This document shows positions 29,555 through 39,147 of a stretch of DNA of 64,000 bases, one piece after another. Made by a program: the position numbers and the translations under genes. The notes beneath the pieces are model-generated. The model ran no database searches and was not told the DNA's origin. It saw only the letters and a list, made by a program, of their open reading frames with translations. Source of the stretch: Candidatus Terraquivivens tengchongensis (GTDB lineage Archaea > Thermoproteota > Nitrososphaeria_A > Caldarchaeales > Wolframiiraptoraceae); NCBI GenBank assembly GCA_023261845.1, contig JALNJZ010000001.1, forward strand, positions 128,001 to 192,000, read 5' to 3'. The number at the start of each line of letters is the position of its first letter. Within the stretch, counting starts at the first letter, position 1.

Positions 29555-30127
29555 GTGATAGAATCCGTCGAAGAAGAAGTCGTACCGAGTAGTGACGTTG
29601 AAGAGGTGTTGAGGAAGTACAAACACGGACATGTTTACAAAGAGGGAGGAGGGGGGCTGAAGTACGTCATATATAAGCTGAAGAATTTATCGCTTATCAA
29701 GTATATAATAAACTGGGGAAGGCTCTGCTCGATGTGGCCAGTTCATCTTACGACGGCGTGCTGCTCCGTCGAGTTTGCAGCTCTGAGTGGGCCAAGGTAC
29801 GATCCTGAAAGGTTCGGCTGGCTCACTGCAGTCGGCTCTTTGAGGCAGTCAGACATCCTTCTAATCGAGGGGACCGTTACGGCGAAGATGGCCCAAAGAG
29901 TCAGGCTGATCTACGACCAGATGCCGGAGCCTAAGTGGGTCATAGCTATGGGAGCTTGTGCCATAAGCGGTGGGCTTTACGCAAAAGACTCTTACAACGT
30001 GATTCAGGGTATAGATGATATAATACCCGTTGACGTCTATATACCAGGATGCCCACCGAGGCCTGAAACACTTTTTCAAGGCATACTACTACTCAGAGAC
30101 AAGATAATGAACGAGGTGATCAAGTGA
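29555..30127 (+). CDS. nuoB: NADH-quinone oxidoreductase (complex I-like) subunit B
   Basis: TACCSVE, YDQMPEPKWVIAMGACAISGG, PVDVYIPGCPPRPE; start uncertain (GTG 29555 chosen). Confidence 0.92.
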   Translation: MIESVEEEVVPSSDVEEVLRKYKHGHVYKEGGGGLKYVIYKLKNLSLIKYIINWGRLCSMWPVHLTTACCSVEFAALSGPRYDPERFGWLTAVGSLRQSDILLIEGTVTAKMAQRVRLIYDQMPEPKWVIAMGACAISGGLYAKDSYNVIQGIDDIIPVDVYIPGCPPRPETLFQGILLLRDKIMNEVIK

Positions 30128-30633
30128 GCTTGTCGGACGTAGGAGAAATCTTAGCTAGGTTAATCGAGGATTTGAAGAAAAAGTTTGGTGATAAGATTCT
30201 CGAAGTAAATGTAGAACCTAAAAAGATAACGAAAGTTCTCGTCGCACCAGAATGCATCAAAGAGGTTGCTGAATACTTGAAGTCAGAATGGGCATTAGAT
30301 TACATAAAGGGCGTAACGGGCATAGATTTGTCGAGGTTGCCTAACATGGCACAGGAAGTGTTGGAGGTTATTTATCATGTAGGTAGCCTATCATCGGAGG
30401 CGCTTAAAGCTGTGACGCTCTCCTTATCAACAAAGATCAGCATCTCAGATCCGGTCATGCCATCCTTGACCAGCGTTTGGAAGGGTGCAGAGATGTATGA
30501 GCGTGAAGTGTACGAGATGCTAGGTGTTAACTTCAAAGGACACCCAGACCTAAGGAGGCTACTACTACCTGAATTTTGGTCGGACAAGCCTCCGCTGAGG
30601 AAAGATTATGTTGCTCCAGGAAGGGAGCGCTAA
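30124..30633 (+). CDS. nuoC: Complex I-like subunit C
   Basis: YEREVYEMLGVNFKGHPDLRRLLLPE..PLRKD. Confidence 0.92.
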   Translation: MSLSDVGEILARLIEDLKKKFGDKILEVNVEPKKITKVLVAPECIKEVAEYLKSEWALDYIKGVTGIDLSRLPNMAQEVLEVIYHVGSLSSEALKAVTLSLSTKISISDPVMPSLTSVWKGAEMYEREVYEMLGVNFKGHPDLRRLLLPEFWSDKPPLRKDYVAPGRER

Positions 30634-30634
30634 A

Positions 30635-31852
30635 ATGGCTAAAGAAGAATTTAAGTCGTTAGAGGTTTACGAGACCGGACCAACACTCACATTCAGCATG
30701 GGGCCGCAACATCCTGGGACTGGCCACTTTAGAATGGTAATCACGGTTGTCGGTGACATGGTTGTTAGATGTGACCCTGACCCTGGATTCGTTCATAGAG
30801 GCGAAGAGAAAATGTGCGAGTACAAGACGTGGATAACGAACATACCCCATCTCGAGAGGCCGGCGATACTTGATTCCGCCGGCATGACTTATCCATATGT
30901 TCTAGCTGTGGAGAAGCTCATGGACATTGAACCTCCAGAGAGGGCTAAATATCTGAGGGTCATAATGGCCGAGCTTCAAAGAATATGCAGCCATCTATAT
31001 TGGCTGGGCTTGATGGGCGTTTTCGCAGGTCATGCGACAATGTACATGTGGTGTTTCGGTGACCGGGAGTATCTTGTGGATTTGACGCAGTTAATAGGCG
31101 GTCAGAGGATAACGCATTCATATTTCGTTCCCGGTGGTGTCAGGAACGATGCACCACCTAAAGTTCCAAGGGAACTTGTGAAGGACTTCAGTAGGTACTA
31201 CCGTATGATCTTAGGAAAGGATTATCCTGGCGGTGAGATGCCCGAAGACTTTCGAAAGTATGTTCTTGCTGTATGCGACTTCTTTGATGCAAGACTCGAC
31301 GAATACTACCCGATGCTTCTTGACAGCCCGATATTCATCTACAGGACAAAAGGGATCGGCATCCTTAAAAGGGAAGATGCCATATCTTTGGGCGTGGTCG
31401 GCCCTGTCCTGAGAGGTTCGGGTGTGAAATCCGATACGAGAATAGATGAACCGTATGATGCGTATCCGTATATCAAGTTCAACGTTCCGACCATGGATGG
31501 TTGTGATAGTTACTCAAGAATGATGGTGGGCTACTATGAGATGAAGGAGAGTGTTAAGATAATTAGGCAGGCTGTCGAGCAGATGCCTGAGGGGCCTGTT
31601 AAGCTCAAGCAACATCCTGTCACGATAAAGGTTCCTGCTGGTGAGGTCTTTGCGAGCGCCGAGGCCGCTAGAGGGCAGTGCTCCTTTTACATTAGAAGCG
31701 ACGGTACAGATAAACCCTATAGGGTGAAGATCTGTTCACCATCATTTAGGAACCTTATAGCGATGCCCTACCTTATCAGGGATGTTAGGATTGCCGACAT
31801 ACCAATAATATACTGGTCGCTAAATTATTGGCCGGTAGAGTGCGATAGGTGA
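30635..31852 (+). CDS. nuoD: Complex I-like subunit D
   Basis: GPQHPG, HRGEEK, ELQRICSH, PGGVRND, KPYRVKI, C-terminal PVECDR; no NiFe-binding CxxC pairs. Confidence 0.92.
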   Translation: MAKEEFKSLEVYETGPTLTFSMGPQHPGTGHFRMVITVVGDMVVRCDPDPGFVHRGEEKMCEYKTWITNIPHLERPAILDSAGMTYPYVLAVEKLMDIEPPERAKYLRVIMAELQRICSHLYWLGLMGVFAGHATMYMWCFGDREYLVDLTQLIGGQRITHSYFVPGGVRNDAPPKVPRELVKDFSRYYRMILGKDYPGGEMPEDFRKYVLAVCDFFDARLDEYYPMLLDSPIFIYRTKGIGILKREDAISLGVVGPVLRGSGVKSDTRIDEPYDAYPYIKFNVPTMDGCDSYSRMMVGYYEMKESVKIIRQAVEQMPEGPVKLKQHPVTIKVPAGEVFASAEAARGQCSFYIRSDGTDKPYRVKICSPSFRNLIAMPYLIRDVRIADIPIIYWSLNYWPVECDR

Positions 31853-31858
31853 GCAAGT

Positions 31859-32782
31859 ATGAGCATACTACGGGATGCTAAGAGAACGTTAATGCCAATA
31901 TACGCTGGACTGAAACACGTGTTTCTGAAGCCTTACACGATAAAGTGGCCGTATGAAAATATCCCGAACTTACCAGACGAGGGATATAGGTTTGACCCTA
32001 AGGCGGGTATAGGGCATCCTGGCAGCAAGGGAAGGCATCTGCTCTATATGGAAAAGTGCACCGGATGCGGTTCTTGCGACCTGACATGTCAGAACATAGC
32101 GGAGGCAATAACGATGACCTATGGTTTTGATGTTGTCACCGTCTTGGATGAGAAGTGTTATGAGTACTTTAAAGAATTCAGGCCAGAAATTGTAGAGGCC
32201 TTGGATGCAATATTAAGTTCCTTCTCAGCAGAACCTAGCTGTATACAGTACAATTCTCTTAGCTCCTTTTTCTGGACACCAACAGATGTTAAACAAATTA
32301 TAAAGGTGGATGGGAGATACGAAATTAAGTTGAATCTAGAACCAATCTTCGACGTGAGGGCTGTTGAGGTTCTTTACCAGAAGGTTTATCCTGGTGTCAA
32401 GAAACTTAAGGTTACAGGCTGGGAACTGGGAAAGCTCGAGGCGGCGACGGAGTCTGCATCGGTTGAGCTTTCAAAGCAAGACCTTACGGTAAGCGTCCTC
32501 GTGCGTAAAATAGACATGGGATATAAGCAGAACAGAAGATCATTTTTCCCATCGGTTGACTACGGCAGGTGTGTGATGTGTGGGTTCTGTGTTGACGCAT
32601 GCCCGTTTCAAGCCTTGGAGATGACAAATGAATTTGAGCTATCAGCTCTCAGCAGGAGGGAACTAATATACACTCCGAGCATGCTAGCTAAGAGGCCAGA
32701 AGAGTTTAACATTACTGGTGTTCCTCCAGAGCTTAACGTTATAGAAAGGGCGAGGATGGTCTTCAGGAGGTTGGTTTGGTAA
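31859..32782 (+). CDS. nuoI: Complex I-like subunit I with a ~135-aa insertion between the two Fe-S motifs
   Basis: YTIKWP, CTGCGSCDLTC and CVMCGFCVDACP motifs, widely separated; 307 aa. Confidence 0.85.
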   Translation: MSILRDAKRTLMPIYAGLKHVFLKPYTIKWPYENIPNLPDEGYRFDPKAGIGHPGSKGRHLLYMEKCTGCGSCDLTCQNIAEAITMTYGFDVVTVLDEKCYEYFKEFRPEIVEALDAILSSFSAEPSCIQYNSLSSFFWTPTDVKQIIKVDGRYEIKLNLEPIFDVRAVEVLYQKVYPGVKKLKVTGWELGKLEAATESASVELSKQDLTVSVLVRKIDMGYKQNRRSFFPSVDYGRCVMCGFCVDACPFQALEMTNEFELSALSRRELIYTPSMLAKRPEEFNITGVPPELNVIERARMVFRRLVW

Positions 32783-33129
32783 TGACAGAAAAAGCTTCAC
32801 CGATTAAGTTAAGGGAAGAGTTTCTTGAGTTAAGGGATATAATAAGGGACGTTCTCAAGAACCTAAGAGCATTCGTCGAGGTCGAAGACTACTCTTTCGT
32901 TGAGAAAGCACGACAATTGTGTGAGAGCTTAGACGGAAAGGAGCTCTCAGGTTTTGAAGATTTAAAGAATAACGTAGAAACAATATACCTAGCGTATAGG
33001 CAAACGGGCGGTAAACTCGATACGGAGACCCATGCCCACTTGGTCAGCCAAGCTGTATACGCGATAGTGAGAGCCAATATATTGTTAACAGGTCTAGAGT
33101 TTAAAGTTAAGAGGATGCGTGGTTTCTAA
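32782..33129 (+). CDS. Hypothetical helical protein embedded in the nuo cluster
   Basis: TAATG overlap with the nuoI stop; amphipathic helices; no recognisable Nuo motif. Confidence 0.6.
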   Translation: MTEKASPIKLREEFLELRDIIRDVLKNLRAFVEVEDYSFVEKARQLCESLDGKELSGFEDLKNNVETIYLAYRQTGGKLDTETHAHLVSQAVYAIVRANILLTGLEFKVKRMRGF

Positions 33130-33499
33130 AGTTGGTGTTGCCGCTATGAGTGTGGAGGCATTATTAACATTCGTGGTGGCGGCTTTCTTGGTGTCTTTGC
33201 TATTTGTTCTGTTAGGAATGCTTCTGAGTCATAAAAGAGTAAAAAGGACAAAGGTTCTCACCTTCGAGTGTGGCCAAAAGCCCTTCGAGTGGCGCATGCT
33301 GCAATTTCCTGTACAATACTTCCCTTATCTCTTAATCTACGTAGTTTACGCAGTCATATCCATATTAGTCCTAGTCTCCTTATTCTATGTCTTCGAAGTT
33401 CCAGATGCTTTAATGAGGGTGACTGTCTTCCTAGCAATCCTTGCATTCTCATCAATATTCGTCAGCATAAACTTAAAGAGATTGGTTCAGAGGGTATGA
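33119..33499 (+). CDS. nuoA: Complex I-like subunit A
   Basis: 3 TM helices; K..TFECGQKP, FPVQYFPYLLIYVV. Confidence 0.8.
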   Translation: MVSKVGVAAMSVEALLTFVVAAFLVSLLFVLLGMLLSHKRVKRTKVLTFECGQKPFEWRMLQFPVQYFPYLLIYVVYAVISILVLVSLFYVFEVPDALMRVTVFLAILAFSSIFVSINLKRLVQRV

Positions 33500-33508
33500 G
33501 GTGAGCAG

Positions 33509-34579
33509 TTGTCATCGTTAATCCTTCAAGAGTACGCAAGGGCTGCCGCCAACTTCCTCAACGAATTGCCACACCCGTTAAAGGATTTCATACTATTCCT
33601 ACATAGCGATACCTTCATAAAGGCGATAATATTCCCTGGGCTGCTTTTCATACTCACATTTGTCATGTTTACAATATGGTTCGAAAGGAAGCTTCTTGCC
33701 AGGGTGATGGTAAGGTTAGGACCACTCCACGTAGGTAAGTATGCGGGCCTCCTCCAGCTCGTGGCTGACGCCGTGAAACTCTTATCAAAAGAGCTGATAG
33801 TTCCCGAGAAGGCCATAAAGCCACTTTACGTTTCTATGCCAATCTTATGTGGCGCACTCTCAATGCTGATATTTGCCTTTTTACCACTCGGCCCTGGCTG
33901 GGTCATACATCCGTCTGATATCAGCCTCCTATTGGTCTTCGTCATACTAGCAGTCACACCAATCACGATACTCGTGGCTGGATGGGCATCGAGAAGCAAG
34001 TACAGCTTTATCGGAATGGTTAGGTTAGCATTTCAAGTATTCTCTTATGAAGTACCATTCTTCTTGGCGATTGCCAGCATAACCTTGGCCGCGAGGTCCT
34101 TCAACCTAGAGAAGATCGTGGAGGCGCAAGCGGAACTACCGTTCATAATACCGGCACTACTCGGATTCATCGTATTTTTAATAACCGCCATCGCAGAAGT
34201 TGAGAGGGTCCCGTTCGATTTGCCAACAGCTGAGCAGGAGCTGGTCAGCGGATGGCAGACAGAGTACACGGGCGCATACTTCGCGCTGTTTTACTTTGCT
34301 GCTTACATAAAGCTCGACGCTATGGCAATCCTCACCGCCCTACTATTCCTTGGAGGATGGCACGGACCATCCATACCAGGCATACCTGAAAGCATTCTAG
34401 GACCTTTTTGGTTAATACTCAAGAGCTTAATAGTTGTCTTCTTGGTGTTGCTGCTTAGGGGCGTTTTTCCGAGGATTACATTGGATAAACTACTTGATAT
34501 TGGATGGAGAGTCCTTATACCGCTGGCACTACTAAACATTCTGATCGTTGCGGTTCTAATCCAGATAGGCCTAATTTAA
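33509..34579 (+). CDS. nuoH: Complex I-like subunit H
   Basis: WFERKLLAR..R.GP, GLLQLVADAVKL, SKYSFIG, ERVPFDLPTAEQELVSGWQTEY. Confidence 0.93.
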   Translation: MSSLILQEYARAAANFLNELPHPLKDFILFLHSDTFIKAIIFPGLLFILTFVMFTIWFERKLLARVMVRLGPLHVGKYAGLLQLVADAVKLLSKELIVPEKAIKPLYVSMPILCGALSMLIFAFLPLGPGWVIHPSDISLLLVFVILAVTPITILVAGWASRSKYSFIGMVRLAFQVFSYEVPFFLAIASITLAARSFNLEKIVEAQAELPFIIPALLGFIVFLITAIAEVERVPFDLPTAEQELVSGWQTEYTGAYFALFYFAAYIKLDAMAILTALLFLGGWHGPSIPGIPESILGPFWLILKSLIVVFLVLLLRGVFPRITLDKLLDIGWRVLIPLALLNILIVAVLIQIGLI

Positions 34580-34589
34580 CACCCCTAGC

Positions 34590-35906
34590 TCAAGGCTCAA
34601 GTCTGAATTTATCCCTTGGGAAAAGTATGACCTCTCGAATATTAGTCCTCCTAGTGAGTACCATCATCAACCTATCAAACCCAAGACCCCATCCAGCGTG
34701 CACGGGCATTCCATAATCAAAGACTGAAAGATGACTTTTGAAATTCTCAGGATTTAAGCCCTGCTCTTTTAGCCTCTTCTCCAGCAAGCTCCTATCAGAT
34801 ATCCTTGTCCCTCCTGAAGCAAGCTCGAGCCATTGGTACATCAAGTCGAACGACTCTGAGACCTCTGGGTCCTCTTCACAAGGTTGGATATAGAATGGCT
34901 TCGTCTTCGTCGGGAAGTGCGTTATGAAGTAGTAGTAGGGATGTTTCTTCCCGAGTATTCGGTTCTCCTCAGTTCCGAAGTCGTCGCCCCATTTTAACTC
35001 TCTACCCTCTTTCCTTAGCTCCTCAAGCATTTCCTTGTAAGTAAATCTCTTTAACGGTAGCTGAATTGGCTTAAGTGTGGCGTTCAGCAAACTCAACTCT
35101 TCTGCATTATTCTTGATAACTGCGTCAATTACGTGTGCAATCAGCCTCTCTAATACGTTCATGACGTCGTAAATATCGGCAAACGCCATTTCGATGTCTA
35201 CCGATGTAAACTCGCTAACGTGTCTCCTAGTGTGCGATTCTTCAGCCCTGAAGAATGGGCCTATCTCGAAGACCTTTTCGAAAACCGTTGTTAGTTGCTC
35301 TTTGTAAAGCTGCGGGCTCTGGGCGAGGTATGCTGTCCTATCAAAGTATTGAACAGGAAAAAGCGCAGCGCCACCTTCTGTAGCAGTTGCTATTATTTTT
35401 GGTGTTCTGATTTCTACAAAGCCCTCCTTCAAAAAGAATTCCCTTATCGCTTCGAGCGCTGTTGTAGCTACCCTGAATATCGCTCTGTTCTCTGGTTTTC
35501 GAAGGTCAAGTATTCTATAGTTAAGCCTCGTGTCAATACCAGCTGGAACTTTTCCTGTCACGTCGTAGGGTATCGGTTGTCGTGCTTTACTAAGAATTCC
35601 TAACTTCTTTAGCCTCACCTCTACGCCGAGTCTTGCCTTTGGTTCTTCACTAACAATACCGCTAACATACACAACGTCCTCATTACCAAGCTCTTCCAAC
35701 GCTGAAAGTTCATCCTTCGATAACTCGGACTTCTTGGCAGTGATTTGGCATATTCCAGAAGCATCACGAAGTAAGATAAATTTTATACCGCCCAAGTCTC
35801 TAATCTCATGAACCCATCCGACCAAGTGAACTTCTTGACCGTTCAATTCCGGCTTTATCTGGCGCGCAACATGGGTTCTAATCCAAGTTTTCTTTACCAA
35901 GAACAA
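34590..35906 (-). CDS. aspS: Aspartyl-tRNA synthetase, archaeal, probably non-discriminating
   Basis: GWVHEIRDLGG (His characteristic of the ND type), YLAQSPQLYK, FRAEES, HAGWGLGFDR. Confidence 0.93.
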   Translation of the reverse strand: MFLVKKTWIRTHVARQIKPELNGQEVHLVGWVHEIRDLGGIKFILLRDASGICQITAKKSELSKDELSALEELGNEDVVYVSGIVSEEPKARLGVEVRLKKLGILSKARQPIPYDVTGKVPAGIDTRLNYRILDLRKPENRAIFRVATTALEAIREFFLKEGFVEIRTPKIIATATEGGAALFPVQYFDRTAYLAQSPQLYKEQLTTVFEKVFEIGPFFRAEESHTRRHVSEFTSVDIEMAFADIYDVMNVLERLIAHVIDAVIKNNAEELSLLNATLKPIQLPLKRFTYKEMLEELRKEGRELKWGDDFGTEENRILGKKHPYYYFITHFPTKTKPFYIQPCEEDPEVSESFDLMYQWLELASGGTRISDRSLLEKRLKEQGLNPENFKSHLSVFDYGMPVHAGWGLGFDRLMMVLTRRTNIREVILFPRDKFRLEP

Positions 35907-35927
35907 TCATCCCGCTTTGGATGATTG

Positions 35928-36551
35928 TTATGTAACGTTCTGTCTTTTATCCCTATCTTCGGGGGTGCCCACTTCTTTGGTCAATTTCTGCTTTATTGGA
36001 CGTGTCACTCTCCGTGACCTTTTTGCAAAGTCCACCTTAAGGTTTATGTTTTTTGTTATCCTAGAAATTTCTTGGAGAGATTCAACACTAATCTTCAGAT
36101 TCTTCTCATCATCAAGAATCATCCTTATCTCCATAGAGTTGTCTGGTAACCATATCTTGTTGATGGCAACGATTCTAGCTGGTGCGACAAGCGGTTCTAA
36201 GAATCTACCTATGTCAGGAGAGTCTTCTATAAGCCTAACATTTTTTCCTAAAATGTCTGAAAGTTTCCTCCTTAACGATATCAACAAATGTTGAGGCATT
36301 GTGATCAGGTTTCCGTTCCTTAACACAACAACTATTGCATCTTTAGTGTCCACACTCTTTACATAACATGTAGATTGAAGCTGGTGAAAGTTCTTCTCCA
36401 GTTCAAGAAGAGCCCTCATCACTTTTATGTCTAGCTCTGATACCTCGCCACGCCTGATCTTATCTTCGCATCTTTCACAAAAGATACCTATCTTTAAGTC
36501 GAACGTGCAGACCGGTATTTCCATCTCGTACACCATCCAGTAGCCCACCAT
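35928..36551 (-). CDS. Archaeal NusA-like KH-domain protein with N-terminal Cys motif
   Basis: PVCTFD..GIFCERC, VSELD, INKIWLPD. Confidence 0.7.
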   Translation of the reverse strand: MVGYWMVYEMEIPVCTFDLKIGIFCERCEDKIRRGEVSELDIKVMRALLELEKNFHQLQSTCYVKSVDTKDAIVVVLRNGNLITMPQHLLISLRRKLSDILGKNVRLIEDSPDIGRFLEPLVAPARIVAINKIWLPDNSMEIRMILDDEKNLKISVESLQEISRITKNINLKVDFAKRSRRVTRPIKQKLTKEVGTPEDRDKRQNVT

Positions 36552-36595
36552 CGCACGACTGGCAGTCGTATGGTTGACGGGCTTTGGAAAACCAG

Positions 36596-36877
36596 TTACC
36601 TGCTGATGCTGATCTCTATTGTGCTCACGTTTATTGTTCGGTTATCCTGACCCGTCACCTGATCAGTACCTATTTTTATGTCTGTTATCTTTAGGTCCTT
36701 GTAGAACCTATTCTGAAGTATCTGGACGAGGTCAACCGCCTTGCTTATTGCCCGTCCCCTAGCCTTTACGACTATGTTGTTGGAGCCGCCCTGAAGGCTT
36801 GTCAGGCAGGCGAGTACGTAATTCATCAAGGGTTTCTTACCTATGAGTATCGTGGACACCGGCTGTTCCTTTGACAT
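36596..36877 (-). CDS. albA: DNA/RNA-binding protein Alba
   Basis: IGKKPLMNYVLA, KARGRAISKAVD, VSTIEI. Confidence 0.95.
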   Translation of the reverse strand: MSKEQPVSTILIGKKPLMNYVLACLTSLQGGSNNIVVKARGRAISKAVDLVQILQNRFYKDLKITDIKIGTDQVTGQDNRTINVSTIEISISR

Positions 36878-37024
36878 TCCTGCTCACCAGCCTTTTTCTG
36901 CTAGCGGGGGCTACTGTGGATAGCTCCTGGACCCTAAATAAATACTTTCTCCGAGGGTGGAGGTCTTCTAATAGGATAAAGTTTAAGAAAGGCCTTATTT
37001 AGCGGCTTTAGGGTAGCTGTTGAC

Positions 37025-37186
37025 ATGCCGATAAGGGATACCGAGTTACTGCAATTGGCTCAAAGACGCAGGCTATACGTGAAAATATGTAGGAATTGTG
37101 GTGTAAGGAATGCTGCTTCCGCGGAAAAGTGTAGAAAGTGTAGAAGCAGGAATCTCAGATGGAAGAGGCGAGAGATAAAGCGCTAG
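37025..37186 (+). CDS. rpl40e: 50S ribosomal protein L40e
   Basis: MPIRDTELLQLAQRRRLYVKICRNCGVRNAASAEKCRKCRSRNLRWKRREIKR (below the ORF-track cutoff). Confidence 0.92.
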   Translation: MPIRDTELLQLAQRRRLYVKICRNCGVRNAASAEKCRKCRSRNLRWKRREIKR

Positions 37187-37299
37187 ACTAGCTCTAACAT
37201 CTGCTATGAGAATTGCTGTGTCATAGGTTCAGGATATTCTGGAAAACGGGGATTCTTCCATATTAGATAGCAGGATTTTAGTGAAATCTTTTGAAGCTC

Positions 37300-37459
37300 T
37301 CAATATATTAATCCGCTCTTAAGTAGAATTTGTAAATTTCTTTTAGCTTCAACGAGTGACATATTACCATACTTTAGCTACATCTGTCAATCTCCCGGGG
37401 TTTTCTCTTAAATATTCGAGGACGTATTGTCTTTCTGGTGAGGAGAGAGTTGCCCTCAC
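37300..37459 (-). pseudogene. Frameshifted wHTH (ArsR-like) regulator remnant
   Basis: LSSPERQYVLEYLRENPGRLTDVAK, frameshift near 37365, then MSLVEAKRNLQILLKSGLIY*. Confidence 0.55.
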
Positions 37460-37509
37460 CTCCCACAATCTTTGCTTTATTAAATGTTATGTAGTATTTC
37501 GTTATAAAA

Positions 37510-37600
37510 AATTATGGTAAGCATACATACTCTTTGGCCATAATGTTCCATAAACTGGTGCGTCGAGAAAATCTAAACCCATACTTGCTAAGTTTTTTCT
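37510..37600 (-). pseudogene. Decayed fragment of a paralog of the adjacent beta-hydroxyacid dehydrogenase
   Basis: Encodes NLASMGLDFLDAPV versus MLADKGVDFLDAPV; 22-nt identity between 37552-37573 and 38139-38160. Confidence 0.6.
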
Positions 37601-37623
37601 CGGCAAATTATTTTTGAAAGCAA

Positions 37624-38502
37624 CTACTTTAATCCGGCTAACTCTTCTAACAACGTTATTAGCGATTGGGTTCCATCGAGTCCGTGTCCTTTCTGATCTA
37701 ATGCCTTAATAAGCTCAGCCACTAGGTTGGTGCCCAGTAAAGATAACCCAAGCTGTTCAGCTATCTCCTGAATAATGCGTAAGTCTTTTCGCAAGTGTTG
37801 AACTTTAAAACCAGATGTGAAGTCTCGCTTTATCATCCTTGGCCCGAGCACGGTAAGTTGCCAAGAGCTTCCTGCACCAGTACTAATAACTTCGATAACT
37901 TTCTGTTGATCAAGACCGACCTTCTTTGCTAGAAGGAGGGCTTCACAGGTTGCGAGTAAGTTGAGGCTGACTGCTATCTGATTACAAAGCTTGGTGAAAG
38001 CGCCCATTCCCGGACCGCCCATATAAAATATTTTGTCACCCATAGACCTGAAGATTGGCAGAGCTCTCTCATAGGTTTCATATTTTCCACCAACCATTAT
38101 AGTAAGCGTACCTGTCTCTGCAGCCATTGTGCTACCAGAAACTGGTGCGTCGAGAAAATCCACACCTTTATCAGCTAACATTTTGTGAAGTTCTTGAGCG
38201 AGGTATGGTGAGACCGTGGACATGTCGATAACAACCATACCCCTTCTAACTCCCTCAATTACGCCATTGCTTCCAGCGATTACAAAACGTACATCTGGAT
38301 TGTCGGGCAACATCGTGATAACAAATTCTGAACGCTCAGCCACCTCACGGGGCGATGATGCAGGAATTGCACCTAACGCCGTCAATTCTTCGACAGGTTT
38401 AGAGCTTCGATTATATACTACTAACCTATATCCAGCCTTCAGCAACCTGGTTGCCATGGGTTTTCCCATTAATCCGAGACCTATGAAACCAACAGAGCTC
38501 AT
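37624..38502 (-). CDS. Beta-hydroxyacid dehydrogenase (3-hydroxyisobutyrate dehydrogenase/tartronate semialdehyde reductase family)
   Basis: GFIGLGLMG, FLDAPVSG, GTLTIMVGG, KLCNQ, KDL. Confidence 0.9.
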   Translation of the reverse strand: MSSVGFIGLGLMGKPMATRLLKAGYRLVVYNRSSKPVEELTALGAIPASSPREVAERSEFVITMLPDNPDVRFVIAGSNGVIEGVRRGMVVIDMSTVSPYLAQELHKMLADKGVDFLDAPVSGSTMAAETGTLTIMVGGKYETYERALPIFRSMGDKIFYMGGPGMGAFTKLCNQIAVSLNLLATCEALLLAKKVGLDQQKVIEVISTGAGSSWQLTVLGPRMIKRDFTSGFKVQHLRKDLRIIQEIAEQLGLSLLGTNLVAELIKALDQKGHGLDGTQSLITLLEELAGLK

Positions 38503-38646
38503 GCTGCAAAGGTTGTGATTGAATGATTTTTAGTTTTTCGGATTTAGTTGTTGAAAATTAAGGTTAGGAATAATCCTACCCTTACCTGATATTCATCGCT
38601 AACTTCTCGACAATGCAAAAGGCTTTGTATAATCTAAGAGTTATCT

Positions 38647-39018
38647 TCACCCGCCCGCCCTTAGCAGGCCTAGCTCTACCCTCAGTTTTAGCGTCTTGTT
38701 GAAGGTATCGTTACCAGAGCTATAAGTCTTAATGCTTACTATCGGAGCAGGGTCTGCTATGGCGAGGCTCTTTCCTGTGCTAAAGCCTGGCAGGCTACTA
38801 AAAGGTTTCCAGACGGTGGAAATGCTGATGAGTATCTCGGACTCATCCTTTTTACCAAAGACCTTATAATTACCTTCGCCCTCCTTTTTGACTTCGAAAG
38901 TTATACCCAAGTTGCTCAGGACTCTCTTCACGTCATCCAATATCGTATCTGGAGAGAAGAGTGTGATCACCCTCTCATCTATTAACCTCATATCTCTCAT
39001 TATCTGAAATACGTGCAT
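38647..39018 (-). CDS. Hypothetical protein
   Basis: 123-aa ORF with coding-like composition ending LLRAGG. Confidence 0.5.
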   Translation of the reverse strand: MHVFQIMRDMRLIDERVITLFSPDTILDDVKRVLSNLGITFEVKKEGEGNYKVFGKKDESEILISISTVWKPFSSLPGFSTGKSLAIADPAPIVSIKTYSSGNDTFNKTLKLRVELGLLRAGG

Positions 39019-39147
39019 CCTTGCATAAAATCGTTTACAAGCTTGTAAAGGGTCGGCCTGGCTTCTTGAGGCCGTTTCCTTTAAGACTCTACTTAAGCCC
39101 CCTTGCGGCTTATCGTCTTCCTAAATATCTATGATTGTTCATGTAAA

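Noticed and set aside
30635-31852. Group 4 [NiFe]-hydrogenase large subunit
   Set aside because: Lacks both the N-terminal RxCxxC and the C-terminal DPCxxC metal-binding motifs.
32100-32520. Intein as the explanation of the NuoI insertion
   Set aside because: No N-terminal C/S splice block, no terminal His-Asn followed by C/S/T, and no LAGLIDADG motif.
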